64,000 bases of DNA from Candidatus Marinacidobacterales bacterium (GTDB lineage: Bacteria > Acidobacteriota > Vicinamibacteria > Marinacidobacterales > DATDRI01): positions 2,112,001 to 2,176,000 of the forward strand of contig OZ245365.1 of assembly GCA_965226495.1 (NCBI GenBank). Reading direction: 5' to 3'. Positions within the stretch are counted from its first letter, which is position 1. Each line of letters starts with the position of its first letter. Shown here in pieces: positions 48,966-59,110 of the stretch. A program made the translations under genes and the position numbers. The notes beneath the pieces were generated by a model, which was not told the origin of the DNA, did no database searches, and was given only the letters and a program-made list of their open reading frames with translations.

Positions 48966-49633
48966 TTCTCGGTCTCCGCCTCGATTTCCTGGGCTCTCCG
49001 GTAATCCTCAGGCGTATTGAGGTTGAAGAATGAAAGCCCTCGAGGGTCTAGAGACTGCAACTCCACTTCCTTCACCCAGCGCACCGAGACATCGGCGAGG
49101 AAGTCGGCGGCCTTTAGGCTGCCCCGCTTCAGGCGGGCTTCTACCGCTCCCAGGCAGCGAACCGAGTAGAAAGCACAGACCGGAACCGGATGGTCCTCCC
49201 ACACCGGGACCACTGCGTCATGCCCGGGGAGCAGGCCGGCTAGGCGGCTCAGGAGAGCTCGATCGAGAAAAGGGAAGTCGCAGCCGGTCACCAGGACGAG
49301 CTCGTGGGCGGCCGTCGCCAGAGCAGCGTGGATGCCACCGAGAGGGCCGGAATCGGACAGTAGATCCGGCTGGATGGGGAGGCCTAGCTGCTCGATCTGT
49401 GGCCTCGGCGGGCCGATGATTCGGATCGGGTCATAATTCGCCGCCCGCAGCGTCTCAATTAATTTCTCGATAACCGTCTTGCTTCCAAGGCGAAGAAACG
49501 CCTTGTCGGAGCCCATGCGGCGGGAGCGCCCGCCGGCCAGGATTGCCGCCTCGATGGGCGGAAGTGACGGCAAGTGCTGTCGCGGGAGAAGAGGTTCGCG
49601 AAATGGTATAATTAGGCTTACTCCGTTAGTCAT
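48962..49633 (-). CDS. mobA: Molybdenum cofactor guanylyltransferase
   Basis: ILAGGRSRRMGSDKA, GPLGGI, GCDFP, NLNTPED; start uncertain. Confidence 0.9.
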   Translation of the reverse strand: MTNGVSLIIPFREPLLPRQHLPSLPPIEAAILAGGRSRRMGSDKAFLRLGSKTVIEKLIETLRAANYDPIRIIGPPRPQIEQLGLPIQPDLLSDSGPLGGIHAALATAAHELVLVTGCDFPFLDRALLSRLAGLLPGHDAVVPVWEDHPVPVCAFYSVRCLGAVEARLKRGSLKAADFLADVSVRWVKEVELQSLDPRGLSFFNLNTPEDYRRAQEIEAETEN

Positions 49634-49753
49634 GATAATCGGGCGCCGACTCGGGGGGCAACTAGCCCAAGACCCAGACGCTCCGGGTTCCGTCTACGGC
49701 AAGCAATACTGATTGGCCCGGGAGGGGTCCTGAAAAAAGACTCGGTCGAGCGC

Positions 49754-50290
49754 TTGTTCTTCGCCAGCTTGCGGCGGGCCCTGGAGGACATTGCCCCTGA
49801 GAAGCTGGATGTCTTCCAAAAGTGGTTCGATCCGTCCGATCGCCGTCCGCAATTCCACATCGCTCCGGTGATGGGCGCAGTGAGCTATCTCGGTCGCGAA
49901 CCCGCCTTGTACGAAAGAGTCATGGATCGAGCGGGCCGTTATGCCTCTGATTGGAGTTACGAGCATTTGTCACCGTTTGAGCGCAAGTTATGGAGCTCTC
50001 TACCGCTGTCTGGGCGTGAGCGGGCAGTGAAGAGGCTTCTCCGGGCCGGTCTGAAGAACATCCATCGCGATGGTCAGCTGGAAACCCGGCGGGAAGGGTC
50101 CAAGCTCGTTGTGGTCGTCTCGAATTCAATATTTTGCCGAACCGTTACAGGTAATGGGCCGGCTTGCGTCTACTATGCCTCGTTGTTCAAAGGACTGATG
50201 GAGCACGCGGCGCTTGGTTGGTCTCTGGTGGTCGAGTCTAACTGTGGGGGCCAAGGACGGCCGGAATGCGAATTTGAGGCCACAGCCTGA
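49754..50290 (+). CDS. V4R (4-vinyl reductase) domain protein
   Basis: NSIFC, PACVYYASLFKGL, ESNCGGQGRPECEF. Confidence 0.7.
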   Translation: MFFASLRRALEDIAPEKLDVFQKWFDPSDRRPQFHIAPVMGAVSYLGREPALYERVMDRAGRYASDWSYEHLSPFERKLWSSLPLSGRERAVKRLLRAGLKNIHRDGQLETRREGSKLVVVVSNSIFCRTVTGNGPACVYYASLFKGLMEHAALGWSLVVESNCGGQGRPECEFEATA

Positions 50291-50312
50291 CCATCCTGAC
50301 AAGCCTGACAGG

Positions 50313-50657
50313 ATGGTAAGGGGCGTCAAACCTCCCTGGGTATGGCCCGTCGCTTGGACGGGTCTCTTATGGATATCCGGGCCTCTTCTCCTCGCGCTCA
50401 GGAATTACCTCAACGAGAACGCGGTGGGGGGGGTCCATCGTTACGTCGTAGTCGGCCTGCTCACCGCTGCAGCGGTGATCGTTGCCTCCACCTGTTTGCT
50501 TGTCTCCGGCCGTCGCTTGCGAGCCGTTGGCATCTTGATTCTGCTTTGTGTTGGCCTCGGCCTGGTCTATCTCCTGCTGGCCGCGCCGGATCCCAGGTCC
50601 CGTGTGGTGGAGGCCGCCCACTTCGTCCAATACGGGATGCTCGCGTTTCTCGGCTGA
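50313..50657 (+). CDS. Small membrane protein, possibly a truncated VanZ-like protein
   Basis: 3-4 TM helices; ends right after EAAHFVQYGMLAFLG, which resembles the first conserved VanZ helix. Confidence 0.45.
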   Translation: MVRGVKPPWVWPVAWTGLLWISGPLLLALRNYLNENAVGGVHRYVVVGLLTAAAVIVASTCLLVSGRRLRAVGILILLCVGLGLVYLLLAAPDPRSRVVEAAHFVQYGMLAFLG

Positions 50658-50699
50658 ACTGGCTCTGGTCGGCCCAGTCCTACGTTGGGGAAACAGTCT

Positions 50700-52058
50700 A
50701 TGAAGAGTCTTAGCGCACTCAAGTTGATCGCTCTCTCGCTCGCAGCACAGGTCGTGGTCCTGGTTATGGCGTTGGGCTACGGGCCGGCGGCGCAAGCGCA
50801 GGGTGAAGCAAGCGAGGAGGAGCTGGCTCGAGCCTTCGAGCTGCTCGGAAACATGCTTGGCTTTCCCGAAGTGGACGCGGACGAGCTCAAAAAGAGGGTG
50901 GAGGAGGTCGGCGAGCTTCGTTTCACGGAAAGCGTTCCCATCGATTTCATGAGCCGCGATGAGCTTGCCGAATACATCGGTCAGCTCTTCCAGGAAGAAT
51001 ACCCGCCGAGCGTTGCTGAGAAGGAGGAGCGGATGCTTAGAGCATTCGGATTCCTCAACGCGGAGGAAGACCTGCGCGCGATTCGCGAGGAGGTTCTGAA
51101 CGAGAACATAGCCGGCTTCTACGACGAGCGTCCGGGTGCAAAGAAGCTCTTCGCAATTTCGACCGTTTCTTCGGGCCAATCGTTGAACTTGATGAACCAG
51201 CTCATCCTGTCTCATGAGCTTCGACACGCGTTGCAGGATCAGCATCTCGATTTGAGATCGATCCTGGGAGAGGGAACCGACTACGACGATCGCAGGCTTG
51301 CGGCTCTCAGTTTGCTGGAGGGAGACGCCACACTGCTGATGGAAATGTACTTAGGAAGGGGAGCATCGCCCGAAGACGGATCGGGTGGGCAGGGAATGGG
51401 CCAAGAGGTTATCGAGGGGCTCTTTGCTTTGGGAAGAACGGGGACCGACGGGCGGGCGATGGCGGAGATGTTTGCCGGCCCGGAGCTCAGGAGTGCGCCA
51501 CTCGTCGTGCGTGAGCAGCTGATTGTGCCGTATCTCGAGGGCAAGCAGCTAGCTGCGGAAGTCTACCGCCGGGGAGGCTTTCGGCTTCTCAATCGGAGTC
51601 TTCAGGATCCACCGAGCTCGATGGAGCAGGTTCTTCATCCGGAGAAATATTTGGACAAACGAGACGAGCCAATCGAGGTGAACCTGATCGAAGCCGTCGG
51701 GGAGTCGGTCGAATCGGAGGGGCAGCTCGGAGAATTCTTTATACGAGTTCTCTTTGAAGGAAAGATTGGGAGGCGAGATGCCGATCGTGCCGCGCAGGGT
51801 TGGGGTGGCGATCGCTACGCGTTGTGGCGAGACCAGCGAGGAAACTATCGTCTGGTTTGGCGCACCGTCTGGGATTCCGAGGAAGACGGGGAAGAGTTTT
51901 TCGAGATCTTGACACGGTACGGGTCTCTTCAATACGGGCAAGGTGTCACGCCGAGTGCCGACACGCGTGAGATCACTTTTGAGGGTGCGGATGGAAGTCA
52001 AACTACGATTCGTCGGAGCGGGCCGGAGATTGTTCTGGACCGCAAGGGCTTCGAGTGA
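50700..52058 (+). CDS. Exported HExxH zinc-metalloprotease-like protein
   Basis: Signal peptide; AGFYD, SHELRHALQDQH, LLEGDAT, PPSSMEQVLHPEKY, AAQGWGGDRY. Confidence 0.7.
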   Translation: MKSLSALKLIALSLAAQVVVLVMALGYGPAAQAQGEASEEELARAFELLGNMLGFPEVDADELKKRVEEVGELRFTESVPIDFMSRDELAEYIGQLFQEEYPPSVAEKEERMLRAFGFLNAEEDLRAIREEVLNENIAGFYDERPGAKKLFAISTVSSGQSLNLMNQLILSHELRHALQDQHLDLRSILGEGTDYDDRRLAALSLLEGDATLLMEMYLGRGASPEDGSGGQGMGQEVIEGLFALGRTGTDGRAMAEMFAGPELRSAPLVVREQLIVPYLEGKQLAAEVYRRGGFRLLNRSLQDPPSSMEQVLHPEKYLDKRDEPIEVNLIEAVGESVESEGQLGEFFIRVLFEGKIGRRDADRAAQGWGGDRYALWRDQRGNYRLVWRTVWDSEEDGEEFFEILTRYGSLQYGQGVTPSADTREITFEGADGSQTTIRRSGPEIVLDRKGFE

Positions 52059-52098
52059 TGATTTAAACGCCAACAACTGAGCCAGGCGTCGGTCGAAA

Positions 52099-53805
52099 TT
52101 ACTGCGTTGTTTTCTCCATCATCACTTTTCCCGAGCCTTCCAGCCTGACATTGAGCGATGTCCCGGCATGGGGCGACATGAGCTCGGCGAGTGCTTCGTC
52201 CTCTACGATCGTGGGTGTGAGTTCTCCCGTCCACGAGATCACGTTGGCGCTCGAGACATTCACCGGGTAGCCGGGAGTTACCGCCAGTACCAATGGCTTG
52301 GTGGTAACGGAAAGAGCTACCAAGCCGGTGCCTTGGACAGAGAGGACATGCAATCGGGGTTCGGACTCTCCCTCCCGCTCTATGACCGCGTATCGCGGCG
52401 TCAGGGTTTCTTGACACGCGAGTAGGTGCGAGGGCTCCACGAAGATCTCCTCACCGGCGACTTGCAGCACCGTGATCTCTCTTTCGCGGTCGGTGAGCAA
52501 CAATCGCCCAGTCCCGCTGACGATGACCAGCGATGGCGCTCCTTCTTCCCGCTGAGGCTTGACCCAAAACGTCAGGTTTCCACTGTAGCTATAGATGGTT
52601 CCTTGTTTGATGAAGACCTTTCCGGAAAAGGTTACTTCCATCAGGTTGTTCTCGAGGTATCGAAAGCTGTCGTCTCGACGCCTCAACTGTGAATACAGAT
52701 GCGGTGTGCGCTCCTCGTCATCCTCCCGAAGCGAGGTTGGCTGCCGGGAGGAATCATCGGGCGTGTTCCCGGCGTCTTCGCCGGCGATGATGGGCGGAAC
52801 CTGCAATCTCAGTGTGTGATCCCCGGTTCTGCGGGAACCTCTTCGACGCTCCAGTCGCGTCGCCGTGAAAAGGTCCTGGGCCGCAGTCGAGAGAGATTTC
52901 GAGGAAGCAACTTCGTTGAGCGGTACGTCGGGGACGACCGGGTCGGTGAGTCGCACGACGGTCCGGAGCAGTGGACCGGTCTCGTCATTGCGATCTTCTT
53001 GTTCTTCTTGACCTTGTTTGGCGGGCTGAGTTGGCTCCGCCGATTCCCCAACGAGGGCTCGTTCGGCCAAGTCCGGAGGCGGCGTGGGCGGCGGCATCGT
53101 CGGGTCATCATCATTTGATTCATCGGCAGTGCTCGTGACTTCATCCGGCGCAAGGGAGTCTACGGCAGGGGTACGCGGGCCCATGGGGCTGGTATCGTTC
53201 AGCGCAGTCAGAATCTGCTCTGGATCGATATCATCTAGTGTAAGCATCGGGGGCGATTCGCTTTCTGCGAATTGGGCGTCCTCTGGACCGGAGGGTGTGG
53301 ATGGGTCGTCCCGCCCATTGCCTACACTCTTCTCGGAAGAGATTTTGGCCTGCACGCGCTTGACCATGATGTTGGCGCCGGCTTTGCGGTACTGGAAGAT
53401 GGCGTTGTAGTGCTGCCCCTTTTTTTCGTAAATGTTACCCAGGTAGAAGTTGATCTTCTGATTGTCCGGCTTGAGGTCGAGAGCCTTGAGGAACGCCGCC
53501 TCGGCCTGATCCAGAGAGCCAAGTTTGAAGCAGATCAGGCCGTGGTTGAAATGCAGGATATAGGAATCGGGGTTTCCGTCAATGAGACGCCGATAGATCG
53601 CGGCCGATTCGGTGTATTTCTCGCGTTTGAAGTAGACGAGCCCGAGGAGGTTGAGAACGCGCTGATCGGCGGGCCTCATGCGACGGGCCGCTTCGAGCTC
53701 CCGCTCCGCGATCGCGAAGCTCCGCCGCTCGAAGTTTTCCATCCCACGGTTGAGATGGACGAGGAATAACCCCTGGTCGAAAGGAGTCGGTGCACTGTCT
53801 GCCAT
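52099..53805 (-). CDS. TPR + disordered linker + AIM24-like domain protein
   Basis: N-terminal TPRs; acidic/Pro-rich linker; C-terminal SGTGRLLL, GTGLVAL, VISWTG, LEGSGKV. Confidence 0.75.
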   Translation of the reverse strand: MADSAPTPFDQGLFLVHLNRGMENFERRSFAIAERELEAARRMRPADQRVLNLLGLVYFKREKYTESAAIYRRLIDGNPDSYILHFNHGLICFKLGSLDQAEAAFLKALDLKPDNQKINFYLGNIYEKKGQHYNAIFQYRKAGANIMVKRVQAKISSEKSVGNGRDDPSTPSGPEDAQFAESESPPMLTLDDIDPEQILTALNDTSPMGPRTPAVDSLAPDEVTSTADESNDDDPTMPPPTPPPDLAERALVGESAEPTQPAKQGQEEQEDRNDETGPLLRTVVRLTDPVVPDVPLNEVASSKSLSTAAQDLFTATRLERRRGSRRTGDHTLRLQVPPIIAGEDAGNTPDDSSRQPTSLREDDEERTPHLYSQLRRRDDSFRYLENNLMEVTFSGKVFIKQGTIYSYSGNLTFWVKPQREEGAPSLVIVSGTGRLLLTDREREITVLQVAGEEIFVEPSHLLACQETLTPRYAVIEREGESEPRLHVLSVQGTGLVALSVTTKPLVLAVTPGYPVNVSSANVISWTGELTPTIVEDEALAELMSPHAGTSLNVRLEGSGKVMMEKTTQ

Positions 53806-53840
53806 GGGTCTCCCGCCTGGGTCCGGCCAACGTATCTTCG

Positions 53841-54713
53841 TCAAGGCTCCAGAACCTCGTATGTTACACCGGACGGTCGCGTCCTGGTTATATAGATGAC
53901 GCCATTTTCGTCCCGGTAACGGTAGTAGCGAAGCTCCCCGTTGGCAACCTCTTTTTCACCGGTCGTGACGGCTTGGACCGCAGCGGTCGTCTGGGGCAGG
54001 GCCGACGGGTTCTTGACGGGTTGGGTGGCCTTGCCAGGGGCCGGTGCGGCTTTGGCGGTCTTGGTAAGTCCTCCGGTGACACGGGTTTGGCCGCCCGGAC
54101 GGTCGATACTGTAGGTGCGACCGCCTTTGGTAATTCGGAGCCGGGAGCCGGCGCGGTAGACGGCTAGCACCTTTTTCACGTAGTTCTGCGTCTCTTTGTA
54201 GGGCGGCACTCTTTTCAGCCGTCGGACGGGCGTGGGTCCCGCGTTATAGGCTGCCAGCGAGAGCCGAAGATCTTTAAACTCGTCCAGCAGGTCACGAAGA
54301 TGCCTGGTGCCGGCGCTCACGTTTTGCCAGGGGTCATAAGGGTTGACGAGGCCATATCTTCGGCCCGTCTCTGGCATGAGCTGCATGAGTCCTTGCGCTC
54401 CCTTCGGGGAACGCGCGAAGCGGTTGAATGCCGACTCTACTGCGATGACGGCTTTCACTAAGGCGTGATCCACACCGGAGTCTCGCGCCGCCCTCATGAT
54501 CACTGGATCGTACTGCCCGTTGTAGCGCCAGACCTTGCCGGCCTCTTCGGGGCTCCCCCGGGCAATGAGATTCATTCGAGAATCGGTGGGAACGTTGGAC
54601 AGAATGAGCACACCTTTGTCGTTGGTGAATCCGTAGATTTGAGCGTTTGCGTGCACCGCGAGGAGCGACAATGCTACTCCCCAACAGCAACCGGCGAACT
54701 TTTTTTCTCTCAT
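53841..54713 (-). CDS. Lytic transglycosylase (SLT) with DUF4124-like ends
   Basis: AVESAF, SPKGAQGLMQLMP, AAYNAG, ETQNYV. Confidence 0.93.
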   Translation of the reverse strand: MREKKFAGCCWGVALSLLAVHANAQIYGFTNDKGVLILSNVPTDSRMNLIARGSPEEAGKVWRYNGQYDPVIMRAARDSGVDHALVKAVIAVESAFNRFARSPKGAQGLMQLMPETGRRYGLVNPYDPWQNVSAGTRHLRDLLDEFKDLRLSLAAYNAGPTPVRRLKRVPPYKETQNYVKKVLAVYRAGSRLRITKGGRTYSIDRPGGQTRVTGGLTKTAKAAPAPGKATQPVKNPSALPQTTAAVQAVTTGEKEVANGELRYYRYRDENGVIYITRTRPSGVTYEVLEP

Positions 54714-57386
54714 TCAATCCCCGAGTTTTTCACGCACCGTTTTGCGCCCCTCTTCATAGAAATTCTCGAGTCGTTCTGGATTGCGACCGCCGGCCTCGGC
54801 GCGATCGGGTTTCCCTCCGCCCCGGCCGTCGATGATGGGCAGCAAGTGTTTCATCAGCTGGTCGGCTGGCAACTTCTTGGTGACGTCCGATGATACCTCG
54901 ACGATCACTGAGACTTTTCCGTCGTTGATGGCTCCTGAGATGGCGATCCAAGAGCGATTCTGATTCCTGTTCTTGAATGCATCCATGAACTGACGATGTT
55001 CCTTCTTATCGTAGTTCTGGAGCGGTTCCGGTGTCCACACCAGAACCCCCCCGATCTCGGTGCTTCGATCTTCGGCGGCTTGAGGGGCGCCGCTGGCCAG
55101 TTTTAGCTTTAACTGCTCGATTTCCTTCTCGCGTTTCTTGAGCTCGTCGCGCAAACGTTCCGCGGAGGCGATAAGCTCTTCCGGCTGCGCTCGAAGCGCT
55201 GCGCTGACGCCCTCCACCAGCCGTCTTTGAGAGCGAATGTAATCCACCGCGGCCCGACCGGTCAGAGCCTCTACCCGACGCACCCCGGCAGAAATGGAGG
55301 ACTCCGACGTCAGCACGAACAAACCGGCCTGACCGGTGTGGTGCAGGTGTGTTCCTCCACAAAGCTCGATACTGAAATCGGGCACCTCGACCACGCGCAC
55401 GCGATCCCCGTACTTTTCTCCGAAGAAGGCAATGGCCCCCCGGCCGAGAGCCTTGTCGATGGGCATCTCCTCGGTCTTGACCTCGAGGTCCTCTTGGATC
55501 TTGTCATTAACACGGCCTTCGATCGTTTCGAGCTCCCTCGACTGCACCGGTGCGAAATGCGAAAAATCGAAACGGAGGCGATCCGGGGCGACCAGCGAAC
55601 CGGACTGCTTCACGTGAGGCCCCAAGGTTTCTCGAAGCGCGGCGTGGAGCATATGCGTGGTGGTGTGATGAGAAGCGGTGGCGCTCCGAGTACGCTCATC
55701 GACACGAGCCACGACCTTCTGGTCACGTGCGAGAGTGCCCTTCCTCATGCGAACTCGATGGGCATAGAGCCGGGCGACGGGTACTTTCGTGTCCAACACG
55801 TCGGCCACACCTTCTGGGCCGGACAAAATGCCGCGGTCGCCGACCTGCCCACCGCCTTCGGCGTAGAAGGGGGTGTTGTCGAGAAAAACCTCGCCTTCCT
55901 GACCTTCGACGAGGGCCGGAACTTCCTTATCCTCGTGGGTGAGAGCGAGTATCTGTGCCTCATCGACCACGGTTCGCTCATAGCCGACAAACTGAGTCTC
56001 TACTCGCTGGCGGAGGTTCCCGTATATGCTCTTGTCGACCCTCTTGTCGGCGGCGACCCTCTTCCACGATTCGCGGGCGCGGCGGCGTTGTTCCGCCATC
56101 TCCTTTTCGAAGCCCTCCGAATCGACGTGTATCCCCCGTTCGGATGAGATTTCGTCGAGCATGTCGAGGGGTAAACCGAAGGTATCGTAGAGCTTGAAGG
56201 CGTCGGCTCCGTCGAGCTGCTCACCCGGCTGGACCCCATCGAGCATCTTCTCCAGGGAGGCGATTCCAGTGGCCAAAGTGGTCCTGAATCTGTCTTCTTC
56301 CGAGTGCACGACGCGGTTCACGAGGTCTTGGCCCAGTAACAATTCTGGATAGGGCTCCTGCATCTGCTCCACAACCTTTCCCGTCAATTCGTGGAGAAAG
56401 GGCTCCTTGAGTCCTAGACGCTTTCCGTGACGCATGGCGCGACGCATGATCTTCCGCAAGACGTAGCCGCGGCCGTCGTTCTGGGGCATCACCCCATCGG
56501 TGATAAGAAAAGTCGTCGCCCGAACGTGATCGGCAATGACTCGGAAGGAAATATCGTCCTCGGCCGAGGCACGGTATGTCTTGCCGGTCAGCGATTCGAT
56601 CTCGGCGATATAGGGCTTGAAGAGGTCGGTGTCGTAGTTGCTCTCGACTCCCTGCGATACGGCGGAAATTCGCTCCAAGCCCATCCCGGTGTCGACGCTT
56701 GGTGCGGGGAGTGTTTCCGTTTTTCCGTCTGAGTCGCGGTTGAATTGCATGAAGACTAGATTCCAAATCTCGAGCCAGCGATCGCACTCGCAGGCCACAC
56801 CCAGGCACTCCTTGAGCTCGGGGCAGGGAAGGTGATCGCCCTGGTGGAAATGGACCTCCGAGCACGGTCCGCAGGGACCGGTGTCTCCCATCGACCAGAA
56901 GTTATCTTTGCGGCCCAAGCGGTGAATTCGCTCGGTCGGGACATAGCGGAGCCAGTGCTCGGCGGCCTCGTCGTCGGCAGCAACCTCGGAATCGCCTTCG
57001 AAGACCGAGACTGCCAGTCTGTCGGCAGGTAGCTCGAGTTCCTTGGTGAGAAAGTCCCATCCGAAATTGATAGCGTCTTTTTTGAAATAGTCGCCGAAGG
57101 AGAAATTCCCGAGCATTTCGAAGAACGTATGATGCCTTGCCGTCACGCCGACGTTTTCCAGGTCGTTGTGCTTGCCACCAGCCCGCACACACTTTTGCAC
57201 GCTGGCGGCGCGTCGGTACTCGCGTTTCTCCAGTCCCAGAAAAACGTCCTTGAATTGGTTCATCCCGGCGTTGATGAAGAGGAGCGACGGATCATTGTGA
57301 GGTACGAGAGAGGAGCTGGGAACCACGCGATGCCCTCGCTTATCGAAAAAGCCGAGGAAGCGCCTTCTTAGCTCCGCGGATGTCAT
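54714..57386 (-). CDS. alaS: Alanine--tRNA ligase
   Basis: NAGMNQFK, RHHTFFEMLGNFSFGDYFK, DTGMGLER, HTTTH, ELCGGTH. Confidence 0.99.
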   Translation of the reverse strand: MTSAELRRRFLGFFDKRGHRVVPSSSLVPHNDPSLLFINAGMNQFKDVFLGLEKREYRRAASVQKCVRAGGKHNDLENVGVTARHHTFFEMLGNFSFGDYFKKDAINFGWDFLTKELELPADRLAVSVFEGDSEVAADDEAAEHWLRYVPTERIHRLGRKDNFWSMGDTGPCGPCSEVHFHQGDHLPCPELKECLGVACECDRWLEIWNLVFMQFNRDSDGKTETLPAPSVDTGMGLERISAVSQGVESNYDTDLFKPYIAEIESLTGKTYRASAEDDISFRVIADHVRATTFLITDGVMPQNDGRGYVLRKIMRRAMRHGKRLGLKEPFLHELTGKVVEQMQEPYPELLLGQDLVNRVVHSEEDRFRTTLATGIASLEKMLDGVQPGEQLDGADAFKLYDTFGLPLDMLDEISSERGIHVDSEGFEKEMAEQRRRARESWKRVAADKRVDKSIYGNLRQRVETQFVGYERTVVDEAQILALTHEDKEVPALVEGQEGEVFLDNTPFYAEGGGQVGDRGILSGPEGVADVLDTKVPVARLYAHRVRMRKGTLARDQKVVARVDERTRSATASHHTTTHMLHAALRETLGPHVKQSGSLVAPDRLRFDFSHFAPVQSRELETIEGRVNDKIQEDLEVKTEEMPIDKALGRGAIAFFGEKYGDRVRVVEVPDFSIELCGGTHLHHTGQAGLFVLTSESSISAGVRRVEALTGRAAVDYIRSQRRLVEGVSAALRAQPEELIASAERLRDELKKREKEIEQLKLKLASGAPQAAEDRSTEIGGVLVWTPEPLQNYDKKEHRQFMDAFKNRNQNRSWIAISGAINDGKVSVIVEVSSDVTKKLPADQLMKHLLPIIDGRGGGKPDRAEAGGRNPERLENFYEEGRKTVREKLGD

Positions 57387-57408
57387 CTCGTGTTTCGTCT
57401 CCTCTCAC

Positions 57409-57921
57409 TCATGCGGTGTTTTTGCTTCGCAATGCCTGTTGGATCGCCTCCGGGCTGAACCCCCGCCCGTGCAAATGCCGGTAGGCTCGAGCCAGTTTTT
57501 GACGCGGTGTGCCGCGTCGCCGATCGGTGCGTAGAAATCGCTCGAGCACTTCGGCCACCGTTTCGGATTCTCCCTCCGGAAACGCTTCCGCCACCGCCTG
57601 CGCGATGTGAGAGCCGTCGAGCCCGCGTTTGCGGAGTCCTTGGACGATCCGGGCTGGTCCCCAGCGTTTCCGGCTCCGTGCAGCGTGAGCGAAAGCTTGC
57701 GCAAAGGCGAGATCGTCGACGTAACGTCGGGTACGCAGCTCAGTGAGGGTCGCGGAAATCTCGGACGCCGCATAGCCTGCCCGTTCCATTTTGGAGCTGA
57801 GCTCCCCTTCGCTATGCGTGCGTCGGGCCAGCCGGATTAGGGCGAATTCCAGAGGCGAACGGTCGGAGCCTGTGCGCTTGCCCTTTCTAGCTGAACTCGA
57901 ACTCGGAATCACCCCGGTCAT
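57409..57921 (-). CDS. recX: Regulatory protein RecX
   Basis: LARRTHSEGEL, YVDDLAFA, WGPARI..LRKRG, HGRGFS; true start probably downstream of 57921. Confidence 0.85.
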   Translation of the reverse strand: MTGVIPSSSSARKGKRTGSDRSPLEFALIRLARRTHSEGELSSKMERAGYAASEISATLTELRTRRYVDDLAFAQAFAHAARSRKRWGPARIVQGLRKRGLDGSHIAQAVAEAFPEGESETVAEVLERFLRTDRRRGTPRQKLARAYRHLHGRGFSPEAIQQALRSKNTA

Positions 57922-59044
57922 CTATAAAGTCGGACATGCTCTTTTCCATCTCCTCTTGAGCCAAGTCGCTGGTGGACTGAATACCCTGAATCTTGAGCTT
58001 GAACTCGTCAGGGTTGCTAGCCCGGCGTAGGGCCTCGTCGTAGGTGATGAGGTCCTTCTTGTAGAGATTGAAGATGGATTGGTCAAAGGTCTGCATTCCG
58101 TATTGCGAAACGCCGGCGGCGATCGCTTCGTGGATTAGCTTGGTCTTGTCCTTGTTAATGATGCAGTCGCGGATAAACGGGGTGGCGATCATCACTTCGA
58201 CGGCGGGGACTCGGCCATTGCCATCCACGCGAGGGATCAATCGCATGGAGACGACCGCCTTCAAAACGCCCGCCAACTGGAGCCGAATCTGTTTTTGCTG
58301 GTGGGGCGGGAAGACGGAAATGATCCGGTTGATGGTCTCCGTCGCGTCGAGGGTGTGCAATGTCGAGAGGACGAGATGGCCTGTTTCTGCGGCGGTGATG
58401 GCGGTCTCGATGGTTTCGTAGTCACGCATTTCGCCGACTAGGATGACGTCGGGGTCCTGACGCAGAGCGCTACGTAAGGCGCCGGCGAAACTCTTGGTGT
58501 CGACCTCGACCTCGCGCTGGTTGACGATGGATTTCTTGTCTCGGTGCAAGAACTCGATCGGATCTTCGATGGTCATGATGTGCTCGCAGCGATGAGCGTT
58601 GATGTAGTCGACCATCGCTGCGAGGGTCGTCGACTTACCGGAACCGGTCGTTCCGGTGCACAGGATGAGTCCTCGCGTTTCCTGGGCGATTTTCTCGAGC
58701 ACCAGCGGTAGGCCGAGCTCCCGGATCGTGAGAATCTTCACCGGAATGACACGGAGGACCAAACCGACCGTTCCGCGCTGCTGGAACACGTTGCAACGGA
58801 AACGTCCCAAGCCGGGAACGCTGTAGGCAATGTCGATCTCGAGATTGTCCTTGAACTTTTGCTTTTGACGGTTGCTCATGATGGAGAACGCCATGGCGAT
58901 GGTGTCTTCCTGCATGAGTCTCTTCATCTCGACCAGAGGCAGAAGCTCGCCGTTGATGCGGAGCACGGGATGGCTGCCGACTTTGAGGTGCAAGTCGGAG
59001 GCTTTGCGCTCCGAAGCGATCTTCAAGAGATCGTTGATATGCAT
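57887..59044 (-). CDS. pilT: Type IV pilus retraction ATPase
   Basis: ASDLHL, GTTGSGKST, TIEDPIE, ALRQDPDVILVGEMRD, ETGHLVLSTLHT, GMQTFDQ. Confidence 0.95.
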   Translation of the reverse strand: MHINDLLKIASERKASDLHLKVGSHPVLRINGELLPLVEMKRLMQEDTIAMAFSIMSNRQKQKFKDNLEIDIAYSVPGLGRFRCNVFQQRGTVGLVLRVIPVKILTIRELGLPLVLEKIAQETRGLILCTGTTGSGKSTTLAAMVDYINAHRCEHIMTIEDPIEFLHRDKKSIVNQREVEVDTKSFAGALRSALRQDPDVILVGEMRDYETIETAITAAETGHLVLSTLHTLDATETINRIISVFPPHQQKQIRLQLAGVLKAVVSMRLIPRVDGNGRVPAVEVMIATPFIRDCIINKDKTKLIHEAIAAGVSQYGMQTFDQSIFNLYKKDLITYDEALRRASNPDEFKLKIQGIQSTSDLAQEEMEKSMSDFIDDRGDSEFEFS

Positions 59045-59110
59045 CGTTTCGCCCCTTTCAAATCTCGCTTATGCCCGACCGAGTCGTCGTCGACGTTTTC
59101 GGTGTTTTCA

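Noticed and set aside
55227-56147. 306-aa plus-strand ORF and similar long antisense ORFs (e.g. 50367-51245, 40722-41435)
   Set aside because: Shadow frames of real genes, as expected in high-GC DNA
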